From NCBI GenBank assembly GCA_002633005.1, contig NMRA01000657.1:38342-102341 (forward strand): a DNA stretch of 64,000 bases. The letters are read 5' to 3'. Both the position numbers and the translations under genes were made by a program. Positions 39,201 to 49,199 of this stretch are shown here, piece by piece. The notes beneath the pieces were generated by a model. The model was not told the DNA's origin. It did not search any database and saw only the letters and a list, made by a program, of their open reading frames with translations. The stretch's first letter is position 1, and the number at the start of each line of letters is the position of its first letter. This DNA is from Phoronis australis. Taxonomy: Eukaryota > Animalia > Phoronida.

Positions 39201-40612
39201 CAAACTCCATCATTTAACACATTTCACAGTGACACGTACCTGCGCCCATGTCCCTCATCGCCGCCTGTTCGATTGTTTCTCCATGGCAACCTATCAATAC
39301 CTGGCGAAAACAAATTAAAGAAACATGCAACGTTAATTTTCAAGTGCACACGTCTTCATACCAGTTAAAATAGATACACAGTTCCACGAACGGTCCTAAT
39401 TGAAGACTGTTAACACTTTTGTCACAAAAAGCAAAAGACTACCGATCTAAGACACGTTGTCAGGGGTACATGATCGCAATTTTCGAAGGAAAGTTGCCAG
39501 CACAAACCCTAAAAACGACAACTTGACCCCCAACACGGTAACACCTGTAAATTTGGATCTTACGGTATGTAAAGAGTATAGCACTGAGTGCAGTAGTGCC
39601 ATAAATTGTCAAATGTAACGACCTGTTAAGCGTATTTGCTTCATTTTGCCTACGTCAGCAGGAGAATTGATTCAAACGACTGCGAATAACACCTGACCGC
39701 AATGGTTTTCCATTCAGACCCCTATTCAATATAACTGTTTCCGGACTTTTTGTTTGTGCTGGGATTTGGCGTTAACGGGCTTACATTTGCGTGATTGAAC
39801 TCGCGTTTTCTTATTCTTCTAAGGCTTTGCTACGACAATCTGGTTAGCCCAATGCATCTAAAATAACAAAAGTCCGTTGAAGTTAGCCTTTAATTCATCT
39901 ATGGTTAAAATAATTTGAAAGACCAGGTGTTAGTGATACGAAGCAGCAATGGAGTGACTGTATTACCAAGTGGCATTACTTAGCAATGTCACGAATAAGT
40001 TAAATGAGTTCACTAACATCTTAAGTCTGGTCTTCACGCCACCTATTTACAACCCCTCTTTGCCAAAATATGAAAAGATTGGAGATTTATTTGTATTATT
40101 GAATTTTCAAAAACATTGAGAAACGAGAGAGTGAATAACTGTAGATTTTATCCCAGAACAAAGGTTGACTGGACTAATATTTAACGATTAGATGCGCGAT
40201 TTGAGCACTACAAAAATTATCGATTTGAGTAATTCAAAAAGGCATTTAGTGTTGTTTTGAAAAGGTCCATTTTTATGTATAAAGTTCTATCTAAGCTTTA
40301 ATTTGCATACAATAAAAACTAAAAGATGTTTCATAAACTGTGGCGCAGATATCTGCCTTTGGAAAATACTTACTTCTGATGAGATTTAAATCATAGAATA
40401 TGTTTAAGTATTTATTCAATTGCAAAGACTTAACAGATGAAGCTACCCATGTCTTAAACTAGCATTTTGTATTACTCTTTGACGTGAATTCTTTGTTTCT
40501 GTAGCTTTGTGATTAGTTTTGCTGAAAGATGAAAATTAAAATCAATGAATCATCTCACCCCAAGTAGTATTGCAGAGATGGACGAAATTGTCCAAAGCAC
40601 TACGAAAGCCAT
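100..40612 (-). CDS. Secreted multi-ShKT-domain protein (>=20 ShK-like domains, one per exon; >=~930 aa if all listed exons are joined; 3' end outside window)
   Basis: Exons at 40612-40559 and 39300-39240 give a signal peptide, followed by 20 AG/GT-bounded phase 1-1 exons. Each has the ShKT pattern C-x6-C-x8-C-x11/12-C-x3-C-x2-C, and they join into one open frame. Span includes introns. Confidence 0.88.
519..630 (-). pseudogene. Heavily decayed ShKT pseudo-exon
   Basis: Minus strand reads DCSDVATKDYYTKELYNDYMAGECT*TCDLF: frameshift, in-frame stop, lost Cys, no donor. Confidence 0.72.
1168..1286 (-). pseudogene. 5'-truncated ShKT pseudo-exon CEDMVAKGYCTNEQCNEYMAEKFAKACDLCDGGVSDDNG
   Basis: Acceptor and Cys1 deleted, Cys4 changed to Phe, donor degraded to GTGTTT. 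Confidence 0.75.
1706..1846 (-). CDS. ShKT exon CTDQATDCEELAGKGYCTDEEHKEYMAENCTKSCDLCDGGGGGDNE
   Basis: ttcag| acceptor, |GTGGGT donor, 141 nt. Confidence 0.87.
2980..3120 (-). CDS. ShKT exon (consensus except CEGL for CEDL)
   Basis: tttag| acceptor, |GTGGGT donor, 141 nt. Confidence 0.85.
4067..4207 (-). CDS. ShKT exon (consensus except GFC for GYC)
   Basis: ttcag| acceptor, |GTGAGT donor, 141 nt. Confidence 0.88.
5338..5478 (-). CDS. ShKT exon CTDQATDCEDLAAKGYCTIEEHKEHMAKNCTKTCNLCDGGGGGGNE
   Basis: ttcag| acceptor, |GTGGGT donor, 141 nt. Confidence 0.85.
6420..6560 (-). CDS. ShKT exon, array consensus
   Basis: ttcag| acceptor, |GTGAGT donor, 141 nt. Confidence 0.88.
7697..7837 (-). CDS. 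ShKT exon, array consensus CTDQATDCEDLAAKGYCTNEEHKEYMAENCTKTCNLCDGGGGGGNE
   Basis: ttcag| acceptor, |GTGGGT donor, 141 nt. Confidence 0.86.
8777..8917 (-). CDS. ShKT exon CTDQATDCEDLAAKGYCTIEEHKEYMAENCTKTCNLCDGGGGGGNE
   Basis: ttcag| acceptor, weak |GTCAGT donor, 141 nt. Confidence 0.8.
10046..10186 (-). CDS. ShKT exon CTDQAKDCEDLAAKGYCTKEEHKKYMAENCTKTCNLCDGNGGGGNE
   Basis: ttcag| acceptor, |GTGAGT donor, 141 nt. Confidence 0.88.
11129..11269 (-). CDS. ShKT exon CTDQATDCEDLAAKGYCTNEEHKKYMAENCTKTCNLCDGNGGGGNE
   Basis: ttcag| acceptor, |GTGAGT donor, 141 nt. Confidence 0.88.
12391..12531 (-). CDS. ShKT exon CTDSSADCEDLAAKGYCTDEEHMEYMAENCTKTCNLCDGGGGTGNE
   Basis: cgcag| acceptor, |GTGGGT donor, 141 nt. 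Confidence 0.88.
13021..13146 (-). pseudogene. Decayed ShKT pseudo-exon
   Basis: A 2-nt deletion at Cys2 gives CTDSSTD*; the downstream frame still reads KGYCTNDLHKEFMAENCTKTCDLCDGGS; gaag acceptor and the usual GAAA|GT donor is missing. Confidence 0.8.
13484..13624 (-). CDS. ShKT exon CTDSNTDCEELAAKGYCTNEEYKEYMAENCTKTCDLCDGGGGGGDE
   Basis: cacag| acceptor, |GTGAGT donor, 141 nt. Confidence 0.9.
13986..15125 (+). mobile_element. BEL/Pao LTR retrotransposon gag fragment (DUF1759-like), degenerate
   Basis: INLPKLHLPVFYGDQLKWLEFYHSFEAVIHKD...QKLQYLRAQLSGDAAKVIEALPLSNDSYEDALKQLNDRY; stops and frameshifts; truncated at the first zinc knuckle (RCIF*). Confidence 0.85.
15131..16304. mobile_element. 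Kolobok DNA transposon fragment (internally deleted)
   Basis: Plus strand: THAP tail IPGSAPS and KFIVDLSKVLELFRRCQVC. Convergent minus ORF from ATG 15970: FMFEP*...RRGDTSWCKCTVCVVMTTSMEC (Kolobok second-protein-like). Terminus ...CCT followed by TTAA. Confidence 0.7.
18263..18403 (-). CDS. ShKT exon CTDSSTDCEDLAAKGYCTDEQYKEYMAENCTKTCDLCDGGGGGGEE
   Basis: tgcag| acceptor, |GTAGGT donor, 141 nt. Confidence 0.9.
18939..20118 (+). mobile_element. THAP-containing non-autonomous DNA transposon (ISL2EU/Harbinger-like) with nested insertion
   Basis: TIR AGCGGATTTGCA/TGCAAATCCGCT; THAP halves YTCCVPGC...FYVFP and RVCSEHFPGGKK...IPTEFP. Confidence 0.7.
19230..19693. mobile_element. 464-bp insertion with 8-bp target site duplication (hAT-like MITE)
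   Basis: GGGCCATC direct repeat at 19222-19229 and 19694-19701; imperfect TAGGCAA/TTGCCTA ends; splits the THAP domain. Confidence 0.6.
21414..21545 (-). CDS. ShKT exon CTDNSPVCEKWAAEGYCTSEPYKEYMAENCTKSCNLCEDGGDE
   Basis: cgcag| acceptor, |GTGGGT donor, 132 nt, phase 1-1. Confidence 0.88.
26048..26170 (-). CDS. ShKT exon CEDKMEECTLWAAVGACTMEKYKILMDTVCPKACKHCGGK
   Basis: Weaker cgaag| acceptor, |GTGAGT donor, 123 nt, phase 1-1, all six Cys present. Confidence 0.8.
26537..26665 (-). CDS. ShKT exon CKNKHPFCGYWATVGECRNSPYKAYMDANCPKACELCIGGPE
   Basis: cgcag| acceptor, |GTGAGT donor, 129 nt, phase 1-1. Confidence 0.9.
27007..27120 (-). CDS. ShKT exon CQDGSNNCEAWADLGYCTHQKYNTYMSKKCPRACDLC
   Basis: cgcag| acceptor, |GTGAGT donor, 114 nt, phase 1-1. 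Confidence 0.9.
27612..29328 (+). mobile_element. Second Kolobok-family copy with THAP domain and inverted termini
   Basis: THAP CGMPLYRFPKDD...RVCGTHFLPSDY...IPGSAPS (28413-28716); 28685-28950 homologous to 15171-15450; GTTGATTATCCCAGACATATTTT near 27643 is inverted at ~29258-29280. Confidence 0.65.
27677..28277. mobile_element. ~600-bp MITE nested in the Kolobok copy
   Basis: Inverted ends CAGGTGACCTAAAGTCGT / ACGACTTTAGGACCGCTG, with subterminal repeats of TAAAGTCGTGAA. Confidence 0.55.
29669..29782 (-). CDS. ShKT exon CKDKDTACKDSARLGYCTDERFKEKMAENCTETCNLC
   Basis: cgcag| acceptor, |GTTAGT donor, 114 nt, phase 1-1. Confidence 0.88.
30523..30690. mobile_element. Harbinger-type terminus (single end)
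   Basis: CAG|GGGCCCGTTCCAAGAAA, internal repeat CCGTTCCAAGAAA and clustered CTTAAG motifs; partner end not found. Confidence 0.4.
31766..31879 (-). CDS. ShKT exon CQDEMSYCNTWAGLGRCTEAKYKEHMEKHCSKACKLC
   Basis: cgcag| acceptor, |GTGGGT donor, 114 nt, phase 1-1. Confidence 0.9.
32540..32668 (-). CDS. ShKT exon CMDKSQFCGYWSGEGFCTGQYQPYMSENCRKSCLLCGGGGGK
   Basis: cgcag| acceptor, |GTGAGT donor, 129 nt, phase 1-1. Confidence 0.9.
33156..33458 (-). repeat. ~300-bp interspersed repeat containing a tRNA-like segment (33317-33247), copy 1
   Basis: A box TGGTGTAGTGG and B box GGTTCGAATCC on the minus strand; stems imperfect; second copy at 55202-55504. Confidence 0.7.
33476..33540. repeat. Interspersed element terminus, also at ~50665-50729 and inverted at ~55911-55990
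   Basis: TTCTCCAAAATCCACTCGGGCTCTAGATAACGGGGGATAACGACTTCGCCATGTAATAATCTAT is identical in two places; the 50.6 and 55.9 kb copies adjoin a CTCGGGGCTAAC motif. Family unassigned (possibly Crypton-type). Confidence 0.6.
37306..37465. repeat. 20-bp minisatellite (CCAGTGTGCCATGTCCACCA), ~8 copies
   Basis: Directly visible tandem periodicity. Confidence 0.9.
38382..38489. repeat. ~20-bp minisatellite (TTTTTGGGCGGGGATTAATC), ~5 copies
   Basis: Directly visible tandem periodicity. Confidence 0.85.
39240..39300 (-). CDS. Second coding exon VLIGCHGETIEQAAMRDMGA (signal peptide end, likely cleavage CHG|ET)
   Basis: Acceptor tttgttttcgccag|, donor CAG|GTACGT; 61 nt, phase 0 to 1, which bridges exon 1 to the phase-1 ShK exons. 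Confidence 0.75.
39770..39893. repeat. Kolobok-like terminal fragment, second copy at ~42152-42275
   Basis: Shared TCTGGTTAGCCCAAT...TCCGTTGAAGTTAG(C/G)CTTTAA ending in TTAA. Confidence 0.5.
40559..40612 (-). CDS. First coding exon, signal peptide N/H region MAFVVLWTISSISAILLG
   Basis: ATG at 40612, 18 mostly hydrophobic codons, phase-0 donor GGG|GTGAGA; TATA box ~60 nt upstream. Confidence 0.8.
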
Positions 40613-40643
40613 ATCTGCAGAGAAGCCTGTCTTGCGCTTCTGC

Positions 40644-40675
40644 AACTGGTTGTTTATTTTTACTCAGTATTTATA
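40644..40675 (-). promoter_or_regulatory. Core promoter: TATA box (TATAAATA, 40675-40668) and Inr-like CCAGTT (40649-40644)
   Basis: The TATA box starts 28 nt upstream of the Inr adenine (40647), which lies 35 nt upstream of the ATG. Confidence 0.65.
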
Positions 40676-43600
40676 GACTGTGTGAAACGATGTAGGCGTG
40701 TCGTTTACTCATGCCAGATGCAAATAATCCTACTTTATTGGCGAAACGCGGTAAACACATCGATGTGCAAGCAACTGTTGGGTGTGTTCTCTTTTTATAA
40801 TAAGCACAAATGCTAATTGAAATCTATAAAAATCTGCTTAAACATATTATTGTGACTCTGCGTGAATGAGACATTTTGAAAAGGTTACAACCGGTGGCTT
40901 GTGCGCCATAGCGGAACTATGAAGGATCATACCGAATCACACATGTTTAGTTGTTGGCACAGTAGAATAGGTGTTGAATGAAATTTGATATCCTTTGTAT
41001 TATAAGCCTGTTTGTGGAATTATTACAGTGCGTGAAAACTGTGAATTATGCTGGCAATAACAGTTGTCTAATTGTTGACACATCTAAATACATGTTGAAT
41101 GCAAAGGTGAAAATTTCTAGACAAAAATACACTTAATGATCCCTCGGTTGCACCGCATGACACAAAGCCTTGGAATTAGAAATCAAGTGCATGTTACAAT
41201 AACAAGAGTAAATGTGCAGTATCTTGTTCGAAATTTAAATTTTCTCTCAGTGACTTTCGACCTACATGTATAGGTCGGATTGGATAGCGTGATCGCTTAG
41301 TTAATAATTTGATTAGCATCTTCGCTTATATAAGTGCGCTGAAATTGAAAAGAATCTCTTAAAAATGTAGGATTAATAATAATTTGAAAATTACATGACT
41401 TTTGCACCAATTGAACCTTTGCAGTATTCCTTACTCTTGAAGTGAACACACAATCGCAGGACAGTTGCCTCAAGAGCTCCCAGGTCATCTGTAGACAGCA
41501 CAATGGCCTCAATTCCTACATGTATGTATTACTAAACGTATTTTATGGTAACGTAATTGATGAAACTGACCCGATGGTCATTATCTAATTCCTTCTGAAA
41601 CTTTGGAGTCGAAGCTCTTGAGATTTTTCCGGAGAAACTCCACGGACACTGCCTTTAGCAGAACCATATATGATACATGATATGCTGCATGTGAACAATC
41701 ATGTTAAAAGACATTTTAAGAGGCAGTCCATATAAAAAACCAGTAGATTTTCAAAAATCAGTCTATACGTCAAAATTTAAAACAACTTCATTTTTTGTAC
41801 ATGGATAGGTATCCTAACAAGAGCCCAAATGCCAAATTTTGTACATCCAATGACCCCTAATTTCGCCTCTGTAGCATGATAACACAAATTGGCACAATTG
41901 GGCCTATTAGCCGTCTCAAAAATCGCATGTTTTCAGCAACAAAATGAGTAACATACAAAATAGATCAAAAGTTTTATTTTGGTGGCTGAAATAACCAACG
42001 TATACTGTGCATAATTCTGTGTCATTTATTAAAATCTAACAGTTTTGTGCTAGACAGGGGAGATAATCCACAGACCACTTTTTGGAGCTAATTTTAGTGG
42101 CCATTTTTGTGACCTTCTTACTGCCATAAAACACCTTGTAGCCTTATGTGACGTTTCGACGGACTTATATTTGCGTGTTTAAACTCACGTTTTCTTGTTA
42201 TAGAAAGACTTTGCTGTGATTATCTGGTTAGCCCAATACAACTATAATAAAAAATCCGTTGAAGTTAGGCTTTAAAACATTTCCAAATCTGCTATTTTAA
42301 TGAAGCGAAAAGATAAATTACGACGCAAGTTGATCCTGTCGACGACAAAACGTGTAATTAATCACAGGTCTTGCATTCCTGTAACATTAACAAGGTTTGA
42401 TGAAAATACTAACACAAAATATGAAGGAAGTAAATTATTTTTAAACTTGTGATAGCATTGGAAGCAATTCAGCATGGATACATCGTCAAGAAGTAAGGTA
42501 ACTCTTCAGGAGCTAAAAGTGAGTTTGTGACAAAAATATGGCATCTTATAGTGCGTTGCTCATAAATAGCCAATTTTAGCTTAAGTCTAATTATATTGGT
42601 GCATTGTGCATTGTAATCACGTGCTCAAAATTAGCAGCATTCTATTTTTGACTCGGGTTTTGTTGAACCATAGGCTATAGACCATTTACCTGCAACTCCG
42701 TATGTTTTCAATGGACGAAATCTGTGATCTTACGGTGTCGTCACAATTCACTAGTGACACCTAGCAGACATAGCACGTTTTACATCCGGTAAGTACGTTG
42801 TATGCTAATTATGGTTGGCTGTTGTTTGGTCGGATGCACGACCAGTAGCATTGCCAAAAGTACTCACGATACCAAGAGTTCTACTATTGGAAGACTGGAC
42901 AGCGTTCCATTGCCTGCATTATTTTTCTTTGTACTGGACATAGGAATAGATGCAAGACTTTCCCGTCACAATACACTAACCGGTAGCTGAGTTTAATATG
43001 TTTAGAGGGTGGAGCCTCCTCTAGAATTTCACGCAGGCGGTTCTTGTTGAGTACGATAATGGAGAAGTATAGTCTGACTGTATGTACATTGACAACTTTT
43101 ACTATTTTGTGAAACTCAGTCGTCACACGTGGTACTCACCTTCCAGTTTGGTAGTGCAGACTATACTATCAAGAGAAATTATTGAGGTAAGGTTTCAGAC
43201 AACCAGTGCTTTTTCGGCAGAATTAGTCAAACAAAACTGCCAATTACACTTACCATTCTTCACGTGCACCGACCCGTGGTCTTGGCTAGATACGCCCCCT
43301 GATATTTTTCCAGTTCCCGTCTAATTGCCGCTTTCAACAATCTATCGACTTGTATTTTAGCAGCTATTTAGCCTGTAAAATATGCTAAGAAATAAACATT
43401 TATGAATTAAATTGCTTTATATTTGTCACGTAATGTTATCATACACCATCACAAGCTTGTACAAGGCTTTTTACTCTTACCCAATTCGGTTGAAAAGGCT
43501 GAAAACAGCTTCAATGGTAGAAAATAAGATCCACTTCCAGTTCCTTTTTCGCCCAATGTTAAAAATACAGTGTTGTTATCATTTGTTTTACACATATGAT

Positions 43601-46600
43601 TCTAGTTAATGGTTTTTCATGAAGATATGCTTTAAAAAATTTTGAACTACCGGCTAGGTAGCAGTTGTGTCTACAACCGGTTTCCGGAGTAGAAGTTTTT
43701 TATCATCTAATGACAGCGTTCAATTGTACAAACTGGCACGGGGATTACACATGTAAGTATTACTGTTCATTTGAGGGTACTTAAAAACTGCTTATTGGCA
43801 CCTTATCCTCAACAGGTGTTACAAATAACGCTAATTTTATCGGAATGCATATGCCTAGCTCATTTCTCTTGTATTAACGACGCTACGTTACCTTTGTCTA
43901 TATCAGAGGTGTATTTGAAATGCTAAACAACTCACACCGCACCAAATGAACCAGGGGTAATTTTGGGCTTACTATTGTCGAGAGCAAATAAAGTTAGAAG
44001 GTAGAAAAAGAAAGCTGGAGAACGAGTATTTCATAGCAATTTTTAGAATAAAATTACATGTTCACTAACATCACTGTACTTACGGGGATAAGACAGTGTT
44101 GCAAAATACTTTCTTGAACGGTTTTTGGTCCATGTGACATCGCACACAGCTTGTCAACGTCGTTCTGAAAACCAAGTGTGTAAATCTATAGTTTACTTTG
44201 TGTGGCTGTACCCGCTTAGAAATGCAAAGAAGGAACCTATATCGCCATTTGCACCTGTATGCAGTAGTTTTAGACCCCTAACTAAATTTACAGAGTTCAT
44301 AAATCTACACTCGAGCGTACATGTACGGATTACTGAGATTTATGGCACTCTGACATAAATTCTATTATTTGGGCAAATAACATTCTACAGCCCTTCACCC
44401 TTCATATCCAACTCCTAGTTAGTTTTTACCAAATCCGATGGTAGCACAGTTTGTTCTTTCTCTCCAGCTTCCTGTTGGCCCAGCCTCAAGTAACAGTACA
44501 TTCACTCGTAAGTTTTCCCAATTAGACCATTTGATACCTTTCCCACCCTCCCTGCCCTGGGTTCCACAAAATCTCAATTCAACCGATTTATATATTTCCC
44601 ACCCTCCCTACCTTTTGTCGAACAAAGTCTGCTGTCGGTTATTTTGTTATAGCAGCCACTGGGGGTACCTCCTTCAAGCCCGGAGCGTGTTACCGTCAAG
44701 CACGAAGAGACGTGTTTGGCTAGCGACCGGACCTGTAGTCAAGCGTCCATCACTGCAGCTTGGTTCTCTCCACCCCAGTCGCAGCTCTCAGCAGATACTG
44801 AGCCACAACACCACGTTCCTTACACATCTTTTTATCACTCTGGCTGGTCTGCTCACTCAGCTTGTCCGGAACCTGCTTTGCAGGTTGTTATAACCCAGTT
44901 GGCTGTTTGATGTACCCACTTGGTATTTTATTACATTGTATATGGCAATCGGCCAATACCCATTTGATATTATGTACCCATTTGGTAGTACATTATGCTA
45001 ACCTGTACCACTTAGTATCCGATACTCAATTACACATTGGGTATTGTAAATGTGTGTGTTATCTCTTGTAATTAAGGAAACCATCTGGTTCCTTTTATGA
45101 AATATTCATTTGTAGAGCTGTGACTCTGAAATTCCCAATACAACCTAAAAATATATATGATTGTTGTTTTATTTGTCCCCAATAATTTACATCGCGTTCG
45201 TGTGGACAAAGAAAACAAATTATATCTGGGCTCAACACTCTACACATTTCTCACCCTAATCAGCACAAACAACTATGCTAGTAAAAAGAAATTCTTCTTG
45301 AACACGTCTTCAGTCTAGGTAGCACAGTGACTCGAACTTTGACCAGCACATGGTTGTTTTTCGAACTATCTCACAACGATAGGTATGGGTAAAATGCGAT
45401 GGAAGATTGAACCTTGGTTGAGGGTTAAGCCAAGAATTAGTGTTGCAAACTCTGACGATTTTTACTGCGGACACTGCCTTGGGCTCTAGACCAATCTCTT
45501 GTGTCACGTTGTAATCCAGCCGGCTTGTATACGGGGTGTTACGGTATTTTTTTAATATGAACAATTGAACTGTTGGAAACTTCGTCAAGCACACGCAAAT
45601 TGAACGTTCAGCATCACTTTAATTATTGTCTGACCATATAAGGGGCACTCGTTAAATGATTTGAAGCTCCGTGAAGTCACGCGCAGTAACTACGTTCGGA
45701 GGACTCATAACTTCCCGTGTCTTGCTTTTGTGTAGTAACGAAGGTGAACTTACGTTTATTTTTCGCGTATCTTAAGGAAATTTCTCATTTTTAAACTAAA
45801 CTGTGTTTCATGCAAAACAGATCGCTTATGCCAGCCATTGGAGTGGCAAAACTTGCCGAAACTATCTTGATTCGGTCCGAAAAGTGCAACAAGATTGGAG
45901 GCTTTTGGAACAAAGAAAATGTTGGATTAATTGGATAAATCTTTTCATCCGGTTGAATTTGCAGTTGGTCACCATGAATTTCAGTTTGAAATTTTGATTT
46001 TGTAAAAATTTTGGCTCGACTTAAGTGTAGTAGTTTCTCATGTCTCACTACCTGGTAACAGTGTGTTTTTTGTTTTGTGAGGAGTTTGGCTTACCTTCAT
46101 GCAAGTTACAACATTGTATATGTCAATGACTGTTTTTGATGTATACATTCCAAAAGTGCTGCTGTTGATTTGGAGGCAAATAAAAGTTTTTGCCATTGGT
46201 TGATAAGCCATAATAAAATTAATATAAATTATTGCACATGGTGATGTTATTATTTTAAGCATTTTTACACTCTAAGATGCAGTAGCCCTGGTCCTCTTAA
46301 AAAGCAGAGCACAATATTGATGAAGTTGACCTTCTTAAACATAATTTGGAAATTTTATAAGTGCAGTATACTGATGCTCAAGCTATAGGACTACATGTAT
46401 GAATTCTCAATAAGATAGAGTAAGAGGAAATTATTCAATTTCACGATTGATTGGCAAAGAGTATTTTGGAAAAAAACTACGCCAATGTTGTTTGTATATT
46501 CCTTTCTCAGAAATGTATACAACAATGTTTGTAATAATGTTACGTTTTATCCCGTTTCTCATTTTAAAATCAATTCGACTGTATATTTGTGTTGCCAATT

Positions 46601-49199
46601 TTCATTTAACGATTGTAAAGTGAGGCAGGGGAAACCCCAGACTCCTGCTACTTTTTCATTGGAGCTGGAAAAATCAAAAAGGAAACATATTTATTTTGTG
46701 TGCGTTGTGTTGTCTTTTACAGTCATCACCGGATATGGTGTCAAAATGACAAACAGTGCAAATGTTTTTCTAACACAAGCGCAACCAGTTACAAATAACA
46801 AACACAGCTATACAGGAGGCATTTTTCCTGGATCACCACCACAAGAAGTCTTGACAGTGTTGAAATATGCAAATAGCTTTGTTTATCTGTTTTACAAACT
46901 CTGCACAAACCTTATGAAGGAATGTGATGCTAGGATTCCATGAGTAATTAGGCATTATATTTCAACCAGATTAAAACATCTGATAACCACTAAAACCAGA
47001 ACAGATAGAATTACTATCAATACCTGAGGAAAATTTAATTATTCCATTCTTTCCGTCTCATGTTCTATGATTTCGAATTTTTGTAGTATTTTGTTTGTGA
47101 TTGTATTTCATATTAAATTAAAATTACAAAAACAAGAAAATAAAATAATATAAACCACCCAATAAAAATAGCAAAAATAAAAGTACATTAAAAAATCATA
47201 AACAAAACACGAAATAAAAACAGTTGATAATAAATAAGTAAATAAATAAATAATAATTGAAAATAACTAATAAAAATAACAATAACAAAACTTAGCAAAG
47301 ATTTGTGGCTATTGGTACCACATAATAGTTCACATTTCTAGTCCAACCACGCTTAATTTACGGCAATGCGTCAACTTTGTTTGCGTCCCGCTTGTATTGA
47401 TCGATGAGGCCGTCACGTCATACATGCTTGCTAATTTTCTCACTTCCCAAGCCGGCGCGTTTGCGAGTATAGCTTTGTCGTACGAAATCCGCGCTCGATT
47501 CCCTACACGGCAAGAGCAAGAAAGGCATAAGGCTTTTATTTATTTTTACTATTTCCGTGTATTACTTGTTCATTTTGGTGTCATTAGGTCTAAGCCAGTC
47601 ATTCTAACAGTTGCTGTTAGCCAGTTACTTTAAGTATGTTTGTTGTCTTCTGCAACCTGGGAGCCACTACACCCGGGCTGTTAGTAAACTGTATAATTGT
47701 AACAGCGCCAAGTTTTCGAAAGCGCATCTCTGTAACATTAGTGGGGCACTTCTGCCCGTGTATGCGTATGAGCTATCTCAGATTACCAGCAGTGTCTGAC
47801 TTATTCTGACACAATATTATCAATTTAATTTTTCGTTTTCAAATCTTGGAATTTTTCATGTAGTTAACCTTTATTTCACGCAAAAGTGACTAACATACCT
47901 CCTAAAATTTTGCCACCAAATCACCCTGAGATCACACTAGCCCAAACTGAGTTGGAGTGCTCATTGACCCATTGTAATGGGCCAGCCTGTGGTTTCACTC
48001 TTATATAATTACATCGTAACTTAGTAGCCTGTAGCACAACCTTGAGAAAGGGCGCATCGCTCGATACGTGGGGAAATTTTAATATATTTTAGTACCGACG
48101 CTCGTCATTTTAGTTTTACTAGTTTTACTATTTTATATTTTTATTCGTCGGTAACTGCACGGCATTGCGACATCTATTTGATTTCAATATAGTAACTTGT
48201 TGCATAGTGCTGCTGGCCTCGTGTAAGCAATGGAACTTTCTAGAATAAACTTTCATGAAACAGGAACCCTAGGCTTAAATGCATTTACTGACTAGATGTG
48301 AGTCCATATTTTCCTGACAAAGCATGCACAAATGTTATTTGTCCTTTTGCTTAGCTATAGATCAGGTTGAACACATTTGATACGGTGCTGGGCCTTCTTA
48401 CTGGCAATCATATTTTGAAGACCAAGTTGCTTACCTGATTTGTGTACTTGGTATTGTATATTTTCTATGACCTTTTGCGGTAATACTATTCCAGAGAGCC
48501 TGTTGATCCCCTTCCATTTAGTTGTGTTTTTGAGTATTTTTGTAGATATTTGTTTCACAGATAAATAATAGACATGCGACTTTCCATATGCATTTCTTCC
48601 TGTGGCATATTGCGTGATACACAGTCGTTAGTAACTCCATAGCAGCGCTAATTTAAAAAAAATCATTTATTCTGTGTGGCACTCCACATTTCGGATATAT
48701 TGGAACCGTGTTATTTTGGACAGGTTGCATCTTCTACAGCCTACGAGTATTTACTGTTCTGCTTTTGTTTATTTTCTTATAAGGATTTTAATCACTATTA
48801 CCTTTTTTCTTGGTGTAAATCCTGTTTTTACAGTGATTTGGAAATTGATGCTCTGACTCTGTTAATTATAAACCTCCCTTTTGCTCAAGAGGTCTGTTAT
48901 GTTTGTAAAAACGTTTTACTTTCAATAAATATTTTAAAAATATCAACCAAGTGTCTTTCTATTGTGACTGAAAATCGCATACCACACCACTTTGATTTTA
49001 CGCGGTAGTCAGTGCAGGGATGATACTGAAGATAAAATCCCACCAAGATGTGACAACACCTGCTAACACCTTTGCCTCGAATGAAAAGCGTGCACAAGGA
49101 ACAGCCATTAAGCAAGGATTAGAAGAACATATCAATTAAAAAGCCACGAGTTTAAAATAAGCTTGAAAATGCGCTTAATACAGCCATAGCTTGAAACAA

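Noticed and set aside
44438-45071. 151-aa ORF and GC-richer segment, possible LTR
   Set aside because: No recognisable domain, and no second LTR, PBS or TSD identified.
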